From Syncephalis fuscata S228 (Eukaryota > Fungi > Zoopagomycota): DNA of 64,000 nucleotides. A program made the position numbers and the translations under genes. The DNA lies in the NCBI GenBank assembly GCA_025786725.1, contig JAHLTZ010000015.1, forward strand, positions 62,001 to 126,000, given 5' to 3'. How positions within the stretch are numbered: the stretch's first letter is position 1; each line of letters begins with the position of its first letter. The notes beneath the pieces were generated by a model. That model searched no databases, was not told the DNA's origin, and saw nothing but the letters and a program-made list of their open reading frames with translations. Shown in pieces: positions 55,546 through 64,000 of the stretch.

Positions 55546-58320
55546 ATGGCAAGTAACACGGCAACGAATAACCATGGTCATAGTGGCAGTAAAAGCGGCA
55601 ATAACCATGCAACTGCTACGGCAACAACAACAACGCCAAATAATAACAATCGAAAGTCTAAACGAGACCACGATAATAATCACGCGACAGACAGTCGAGG
55701 TAAACCTTTAATGGCAGCAGCAACCACAGTTCTTGGTGCTGAAATGGCCAGTGATCGTTTATCATGGCGTAGTATTCAATCATGGAGAGATTTAGTTACC
55801 GGCTGTGATCCAGGTAAATTAATTAAATGTATTTAGTAATAATTATAGAATAATTGACCATATCTATTATCTATTATCTATTATATATTATATATTATTA
55901 CATTTAGTAAATCCGCCACCAAAGCTGACTGATAAATTACCTGTCACAACAGGCCTTGATGCACGAGATATCCTTTAAACGTTTAAATAGAATTAAATAC
56001 TAAGATAAGTAGCTACCTTGACTATAATTGAATTACAGATGAAAGTGCATGGCGATATTCCAATGGAGGATAGACGTGTTATTATGTCGTGCAATGGCTG
56101 TGGTAAAGCATTGTTAACAAGTAGTGTGACACGGCATTATGGTAAGCCATCCGTATTAATAATAGTATAAAACTAATAGTGTATAATATTTATTATTGTA
56201 CAGAGGAATCCTGTCCTGCAACTGAACCAGATCGGCCACATCTTGAGGCATTGGCACGTAAACGAGCCGAGGAAGAAGTACGAGCCCGTACAAATTTACA
56301 AGAGAAACAACGCATCAGGTACCGTGAACGTGAACGTGAACGTGGTCGAGGCGATCGTAGTCTATCACGGGAAAGAGATAGAAAAGATACTAATAGTAAT
56401 CATGGTGATGGAGACAGTGCACCAAATACACCGAAGAAATTAGCAAATCGTAAAAGGCGTCTGGTTAATAAGGAAGAGCATGATTCACCGAATAGCGGAT
56501 CTAATAACAATTCAGGTAAGTAAATGGAATTAATAATAGCAAGCTACAGTATTAACCCTTTATTATAGATACGCCCAAAGAGGAGAAAGTAACTAAAAGG
56601 CTCAAAACACGGGCACCGGGTACACCGTCCAAGTTGAATCGGAATAAGATACCAGAGAACAACGACGATGAAAACGATGAAGATAATGAAAAGTCAGACT
56701 GTCCACCGGCTAATGAATCTGAATTAGAAGAGCCGAAAGCAAAACCAGAAACAAACGATGAAAAACCAAAGAATTCAACAAAGAAACGAAAGAAGGCCAA
56801 CAATGACAACAACGATGACGCTAAAGTTGGCGATAAAGAGGCGACACCAGCGGAAGAAGGACAGAAACAAAAGGAAACAGAGGAAACGCCACAAGAACCA
56901 ACATCACCGCCACCACCAAAGAAGAAGAAGAAGGCCAAAGCCAAAGCAGCACCAAAATCTAATCGAAACAAAGGTAAAAAAGCTATTTGATATTATATTT
57001 ATATATTAATGATTTATATTTATTAGGCCCTATTGATCTTGATAAACAATGTGGTGTTACGCTACCTAATAATCTACCTTGTTCTAGATCACTTACCTGT
57101 AAAACACATTCAATGTCATTGAAACGTGGTGTGGTTGGTCGATCTCAGCCCTATGACGTATTGTATGCTGCCTATCAAGCACGTGCTCAAGCTCTTCGAG
57201 GTAATTTAGATTAATAGTTATAAACGCGAATCACTTTATTTATATTCGTACAATTATTTGAATAGCATTGCAAAATGGAGGCGTGGTACCCACGGCAACA
57301 ACAGCTCGTCAACGGGCTACTGCCAATGCCGCAGCTACTGCAGCAGCTCTCGCTAATAACTCTGGCTATGATATCGATATGGACTCGGAAGAGGAGCTTG
57401 ATACCATTGTTGAAGCTATGCAAGTGGCACCACCCCAGCCACTGGCAGTTCGTCCCCGGCCTGGCGCCTATGGAAAGCGTCGACGGCAGTGTTTTCGTAT
57501 GCGAGAGCTATTACTCGATGCTTTATGCGGTCAAACGCCTGATCTGGTCCAATACGTAACCCGATGGACAAGTCATAGCGAACGCATTTTAAATGCACAT
57601 TCTCCAGCGTCATTAGAGGTGAACGACATGAATAAGCATGCCATGATGACACCGGTCACACCGACGGCAATGACAACAATTGCAACCACACCCATTACTA
57701 CACCGACGGCCATGACCTCGCCTACTACCATCATGGCCACACCTATGACTACACCGACAACAACGATGCAAACGATACCCTCACCCTCTTCACTTATACT
57801 TACATCGTCGCCTTCTATTACTGGACTAGTATCACCAACCCATCCATCACTTGTTCTACCCACTTCTATGACTAATGATAATGGCAGTAATTTAACTGTA
57901 CTATCACCGGGACTCACTCTACCACTGTCGTTACCACCACCATCCACGTCATCAAGGACATCTACACCGGCCCCTTCATCTGCTATGCCTATTGATGACG
58001 ATTTGCCTATTTCTATGCTAAATACAAATATGGTACTCTCATCGCCTACAGCAACAACAACGCATGCTATGGCTGCTGTTGCTGCGGCCACCGCCAATCT
58101 ACAATTACAACAACAACAGCAGCAATCATACCAAAACTTCCATGTAGGCTCTTCTACCAGTAATACACATCCATTACTAGCCGGTCTTACGATGGAACAA
58201 CTTACAAGTGGATCGGTCCAAAATGTCGTTGGTATGAACAATACCAATGTATTAGGATCACCTACACTGCCATCACCGGCCACACTAACCACCGGTCTAT
58301 CATTTTCTGGTGGCTTTTAA
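55546..58320 (+). CDS. SGF73: SAGA deubiquitination-module subunit Sgf73/Ataxin-7
   Basis: N-terminal zinc finger CNGCGK...RHYEESC, SCA7 domain [39 protein letters not shown] and DSEEELD.IV.A....PQPL. Confidence 0.93.
55968..56036 (+). other. U12-type (minor spliceosome) AT-AC intron in SGF73
   Basis: 5' splice site ATATCCTTT (55968-55976), branch site TACCTTGAC (56014-56022) and 3' end TTAC (56036). Splicing gives CGA G|AG ATG AAA GTG, in frame with the zinc finger. Confidence 0.88.
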
Positions 58321-59486
58321 TTTTATCCTTGAAACACCCAATTTGTACACTTATTATAAATTACTATAATTAGAAGTTAGAATGATAAGAATAGAGAAGG
58401 GAAGGAAAGGGGATTGTGTGTGTGTTTAAACTACAAATATACTACAAAATGTATCAAATAGTTGGATACAATGTAACATTTGAATGACCATCGTCATAAT
58501 AATCTATATATACATATATATATATTGATGCGTAAAAAGATCATGTGGATTATAAAACATAGCATGCGACTTTTTATTCCATCACTTGTCTATACATACA
58601 CACATACACACACATTTCTATTTGTGACTAAATAGACGATTCCATTCATAGAGCAAGTCATAGAATGATGTCCACATGAATAAAAGCAACCATGCACTCG
58701 TGGTATGTAGATGGACACCACGTGGTCGCTTGTTTATTCGTCGTAATTACGATAATACACCGAGATATACCATAATACAATGATAGTCATTGGATAAACA
58801 AGTATTGAAGCGCGTGTTAAAGGAAAGGGCAAATATGCAATGTGGCTACTTTCTTAACGCAGTTACAGTTACTGCTGGTATGGTTATTACTATTACAGGT
58901 TCTCCCTTTTGTTGTTACTATAGTTAACTAACTAACTAACTACTAATCCGGTTCATTCTATCATAATTGATGGACACTCATTTTATTACTCCTACTGTGC
59001 CACTAAAGTCTTTTTTAATTTCTTCTTTTCGTACTTGTAGCGTTTACACCTCATTCTACTCCTTTCTTCACCATTGCTATTACTGCTTTGAATAGTGCGG
59101 TGTCACTAACTGTCGTGCGTAATATTTGTTGTTATTGTTATTATTATTATTGTTATTCGAAAGTGTGGTGCGTGTCTCCTATCTTCTTTATCGGCTTTTA
59201 GTGTCTATCTACCTTGCTTTGCCTATGGTCATCAGCTATTTATAAAAGACTGCCCTCTTTCTTTCTTTTATTCCTCCTTCATAATAGTGGCCGCCCTTAG
59301 TATTGCTCGTTGATTGCTCCTTTTTCGTCTTTTCCTTTAGTCGAATCACTACATCATCTACGGCAACGGTCATATTATTGGTACTACTACTGCCACCACC
59401 ACTATTACTTCTATTACTTCTACTACTATTACAGCAAGATTGCAACGATACGTCTTTTGCTTTATCGGTGCTATTCTCTATCCATT

Positions 59487-59525
59487 ATTACTATTACTAC
59501 TACTACTACTACTATACTACTACTA
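59487..59525. repeat. (TAC/TAT)n microsatellite in the CHS7 upstream region
   Basis: Read directly; it accounts for the poly-Tyr/Leu/Thr ORFs in the track. Confidence 0.8.
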
Positions 59526-59923
59526 TTGGTATTTGGCCCATCTACAGGCCTGTCATAGCAGGATAAGGTAGCGTTTATTAGTTAATAGGTGGGAAAGGGG
59601 GATCAATATGGTGGTTACACTGCTTCTAGTACTTGTTCATATGGGGAAGTTGAAAAGTGATACAGTCTACTGAAATGGATATTAGACAAGCATGATTTAA
59701 TGAATATGAAATATTGATTATAAATATAACACAAATATACTAGACACCCTTTATTTACTAATATTTACTGTTTATTTATTTAGAGGTTATTGCCTGTATC
59801 TAGCTTATAATCCAGTATCCAGCGTAGTACAACTTTTATTTAGACAAAAGTAGCTGTATACACCCATATATACATCTTCGTACATCCACGCCGCTCCTAT
59901 TTCTACTATCCAATTGCCGCAAT

Positions 59924-61121
59924 ATGAAAGTGGAATTTGGTAAATTCGGTTTCTGCGAGACGGCCAGCTATCCGATATGTCTGCTATTTAGCGGTGTAGT
60001 GCCAAAATGTAGTGTGCAAGTGGATGGTGCAAAGTTTCCAAAATCTGCAGATCTGGCAAATTTTGTAGCCTCCATTCTATTGGCGGTATTAGCGTTGTAT
60101 TTGATGTTTCGCTCTTATCGTAAATACGCTGCAGTAGGTAAGTTGAATTGATCTGTTGATGTAATGGCTATTAATTGCTATTGTTTGTTATAGGTCGTAA
60201 GGAAATGTACATTATGTTTGGCTTTCTTTTCTTCTCCTCATTACTTCAAACCATCTATACTACGGGAGTTGCAGGCAGAGCAAAGAACGGCAAAGTAAGT
60301 TAAATGAGTCATTGGATAGAGTACAGTTACTAATCTTCTAATCATGCTATTGCATTATTATAGGTTGTCGTGGCTATACAAGCAGGCTTGTCGGTTGCCA
60401 CATTTTGGACACTATTGCTTAATGGTCTTGTTGGTAAGTGGGTTGTATTTATATGAAATGATAACTCACGCGTTATTAATAGGTTTCCAGTTGGCAGAAG
60501 ATGGTACATTACTATCTACTTTAGTAAGTTATATTCATTAGTGGATATTAGATATAGCGTAATTAATAGCTGTTGATTATAGTCGGTGTTTGGTAGTGGC
60601 GGTATTGTAGCTATTATTACCGCTATATTCAGTGCAGATGCCGGACTTGATATTGGTTTATTGGGAACATCCCCATTGGCTGCGGATCCCGACTCGCCAG
60701 CCGTCTGGATTCTTTACTTCCTTATTCCAGCTGCATGTATAGTAGGCTACTTGATCTGCAAATAATTATGGTGTTGCGTCTACTTGGTACCCGTCGTCCA
60801 TTAAGTAAGTTGTCTTTATTAATCATAGATTGCTATATTAATTATTATATTCTAGTCACACTATTATTGGCCGTGGTAGCCATTGCTTTGGCACAAGTCT
60901 TTTACATTGTTGCCAGCAATCCGATCTGTGCCGGTACCAATAGTAAAATAGATGGTAGCTTTGCCGGTACTATTCTCACTGGTGTTGCAGTCGTCTTTCT
61001 ATTTCGCTACTGGGATAGCATTACAGAAGGTAAGCCATACAGTGTGAATTATAATATACATATAGCTAACTATATTAATGACAACTGTTTAGATGAATGG
61101 GATGAATTCGGTACTGTTTAA
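59924..61121 (+). CDS. CHS7: Chitin synthase export chaperone Chs7-family 7-TM protein; apparent frameshift near 60756
   Basis: FG.F..CETASYPIC, RKYAAVG/RKEM, LLNGLVG/FQLAEDGT, KIDGSF and YWDSITE/DEW. Confidence 0.9.
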
Positions 61122-61319
61122 TCATTGGAAGAAGAATTTATACGTACTTTCTATATTATTTCCTATCATTGTTTCGTACAAACAACTGGATATACACTAA
61201 ACTATCCAAGTTACTAAACATATAAACATATTTACATTGGTCATTTGATAATAATAGTAATAATAATAATAATTTGATTTTATTCTTCTATACTGCATAT
61301 TAAGCAGTTTAAAATAAGA

Positions 61320-62099
61320 CTACACAAAACGAACACACTCGCTTAGAATGTGGTAGCCATCAGGTGAACTAGAATCTTCACGTAATGTAAATTGATGCGA
61401 GAATACACGGTTGTCAACACCGTTAACACCAAGTCGGCTACCTTGAGTACGTCGTGTAGATGCCGATGTAGTCTTTGATGCTTCTTCAACGGCTGCATCG
61501 CCATGTCGTACCTGACCCGATACTAGGGCAATTAACTGTAGAGCAGTAGGTGGTGCGCCTGGTCCATCAAACATGGCCGGTGCTATCCAGTTTAGCGGTT
61601 ATTAGTTTTATGACGAGTCGATGCACGATGGTTGTTACGATAATCTTGCATATTGCTACTTACCCGGCATTGGATGACAATCAAGTGTTTGTACATCATG
61701 GATTGTAGGTGGCATTCTAGCATAGAATTCGCTTAAAGCAGCGGTACCCGTCAATATATTACCTAAATAAACGCGTTAGTATTTTCTTTTGCTTAATAAA
61801 TAAATTCACTTACCATTCCATATTAATACTGAATGATCGCGATAATAGCCTGCAAGACGCTATTCGTAGTTTGGCAAGGTGTCGATTAGTCTTCCTGCGC
61901 AACAGGGTTATATAGCTGTACTTACTTGACGATCTCGATCGTATGCTTTGTAAAACGATTCAATAAAGCCTTTAATGGCTGCGTCTGTATTAGCAAGTAC
62001 AGCTGCCACATCTGGCGTATGAGATTGATGTAGCTGTTTATTGTAGCGACTATGAATAGACGTGCAATGTATAAACGATGTAACACTTACTGAAGCCAT
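61320..62099 (-). CDS. NXT1: NTF2-related export protein Nxt1/p15, 5 exons
   Basis: FIESFYKAYDRDRQ/RLAGYYRDHSVLIWN/GN, HDVQTLDCHP, VSGQVR, FSHQFTL and C-terminal ILSECVRFV. Confidence 0.85.
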
Positions 62100-64000
62100 T
62101 GTAATAAATGTAGAATCTTTGAATAAAACAATAGCAAGCGAAACGAGAAAAACTAGAAATGCTGTTTTGTAATACGACAGAGCTACTGTACTTTGACTCA
62201 CATTTTTATTATCCATTTCACCTCTCAACACTTTTAAATACAGTTAAACACTTATTCATTACTATTCCATGTATAATATTATATTTAATATTAATTAATT
62301 ATATGTAATTATCAGTACAATAATTAATTAATTAGTTATCTTTATTATTGCGTTAATATATATATATACTGTCATTATGATATTAATCGTTCAAAATGCC
62401 ATTTATTTAGTCAGATGGGCTATAGGAAAAGTGGCTGTTTAATAAACGAACTTTGTATAGTATTCTATTGATATTAATCTTACATCACAAATATGACCAA
62501 AATGCAACAGTAGAATATTAGGAAATAGAGGAGACCATTTAGATGCAATAATCCATACTGTACATAGATGCAACGACTGCGGAACGATATGGAATCGCGA
62601 TCATATGGCTTCTATTAGTATTCGATTAATCTTTCTAAATATGGTCAATAACAATAATCAACCTCAAATATTTCAAAAAAATCAAATGGTATGTTATATT
62701 GTTTATTTAAATGTATAATATTATTACTGATACAATGTTCTGTCACATTCAATTCTGTTTTATGGAAATGATAATATTATTGTATTACATTAATATTTAT
62801 TGTAAATGGTTATTTAAACATAAATTAATCCAATCAACTTGTAATTATTTACATTGTTACAATTGGTTGCGTAAAATAATCTGCTGCTTTGGGAGCCAAA
62901 TTACACTTCAGTCATCACACGTTAACTATTTCAAACAACTAATCAATTAATTGAAATCGTGTTAATAGCAAATGTTAGTAATACAATTTTATTATTAGTA
63001 TTGTACTACTAGATAAACTTGTCAATTATATTTTTTAATGCTAGATAATATAATTAGTATTTATTTACACTATAGCCTTGGTAGCATGGCCAGGATAATG
63101 TAAAATTATTCAATTATTTGAAATGGATATTTGTTGTGTATTTCATTAGAGTTAGTATCGATGTATTTTACAATTATTAGCTAACAATTATTCGCTGTTT
63201 TTATGCCTGAAGAGCATTTTATACTACTGAAGTTTAGAGTTACGTTAAGGCTGCTGTAAAATACTCGATATTTACTGCTTTGTATAAATTGTGCTGCTTT
63301 ACAATGCTTAAGACTTAGATATAAGGAAATGTTTGGAAATAAAGTGCCGTTAGATCCAGTAACATGCTTCAAACAAGCTCAAGGTTATGTTTACCCTGTC
63401 TTAAGCTACTAGTGTTTTAGTACAAGGCGGCCAACTAATGTTAGTTACATTTAGGAATAGGCCGATATTCCGCCAGTTATAAATTTTATTAAAACTAATA
63501 TAGAGTTTCTACTAGGGGTACTTGATACCCTATGCTGTTTTATAACTTTAATACAAATGTCTAGTATGTGCTATCTATCCGGATAACACATTCAATTGAT
63601 CCTAGCAATTATTCTAAAGATAAATACAAGTTACCAAGGACAGTCCAATGCCATTATTACTCCCTAAATTACCGAGGAAAACTAGCCAAGGTTTAATATA
63701 ATAATCCAGATTCAATTGGCTACCCGTTGCTTCTAACATTGAGGGCACCATTACTGAGTTTGGTTCTGCGCCTGGATACCCCATTCCTTTACTTGTTTCC
63801 AGCAGAATTTAATTGCCATTAATTTTAGTAAGTTTGGGTTGTGACTACATTAATAAAACCGTACAATTGTGGCGATGATGGTGTAGAATTATGCAGGCGT
63901 TTCAGGGACAAAGAAATCATTCAAGTTGGTGCTGGTACCACCATGCTTTTTGGACACTGTCCCATGTGAAAATGCAAGTACAACGACAACATAGATATTA

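Noticed and set aside
57573-58292. 239-aa minus-strand Val/Gly/Cys-rich ORF
   Set aside because: Antisense to the Thr/Pro/Gln low-complexity tail of SGF73.
59236-59566. Poly-Leu/Tyr/Thr ORFs upstream of CHS7
   Set aside because: Produced by TAC/TAT microsatellites in a probable long 5' UTR or promoter; no protein-like content.

Overview
AT-rich, intron-dense eukaryotic genomic DNA with short introns (mostly about 50-90 nt). The gene content (Chs7, Sgf73, complex I subunit, Erp38-type PDI) indicates a fungus. Style and lineage-specific families suggest an early-diverging fungus, possibly a Zoopagomycota mycoparasite such as Syncephalis (inference only). About 25 protein-coding loci can be reconstructed by manual splicing: WW protein, Mix23, alpha/beta hydrolase, 4CL-like acyl-CoA ligase, Cdc6, Spb1, Leu5-like carrier, PDI, Slp1-like SUN protein, Ulp2-like protease, NDUFA9, two F-box proteins, a coiled-coil protein, Rrp36, a multi-TM receptor-like gene, a divergent profilin, Rrp17, Ard1, Not1, Spp2, Sgf73, Chs7 and Nxt1. 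Highlights: (1) a textbook U12-type AT-AC minor-spliceosome intron in SGF73; (2) a secreted, Kex2-processed 8-Cys helical-hairpin-like peptide with an inverted, decayed sister copy that keeps the signal/pro region and UTRs but not the mature region; (3) an F-box + EF-hand fusion; (4) a divergent profilin with a possible hydrophobic N-terminal extension. Many genes carry single-base frameshifts, mostly at homopolymers, which are most likely assembly errors. No rRNA, tRNA, CRISPR array or intact transposon was recognised. Exon boundaries were read by eye and no database searches were run.
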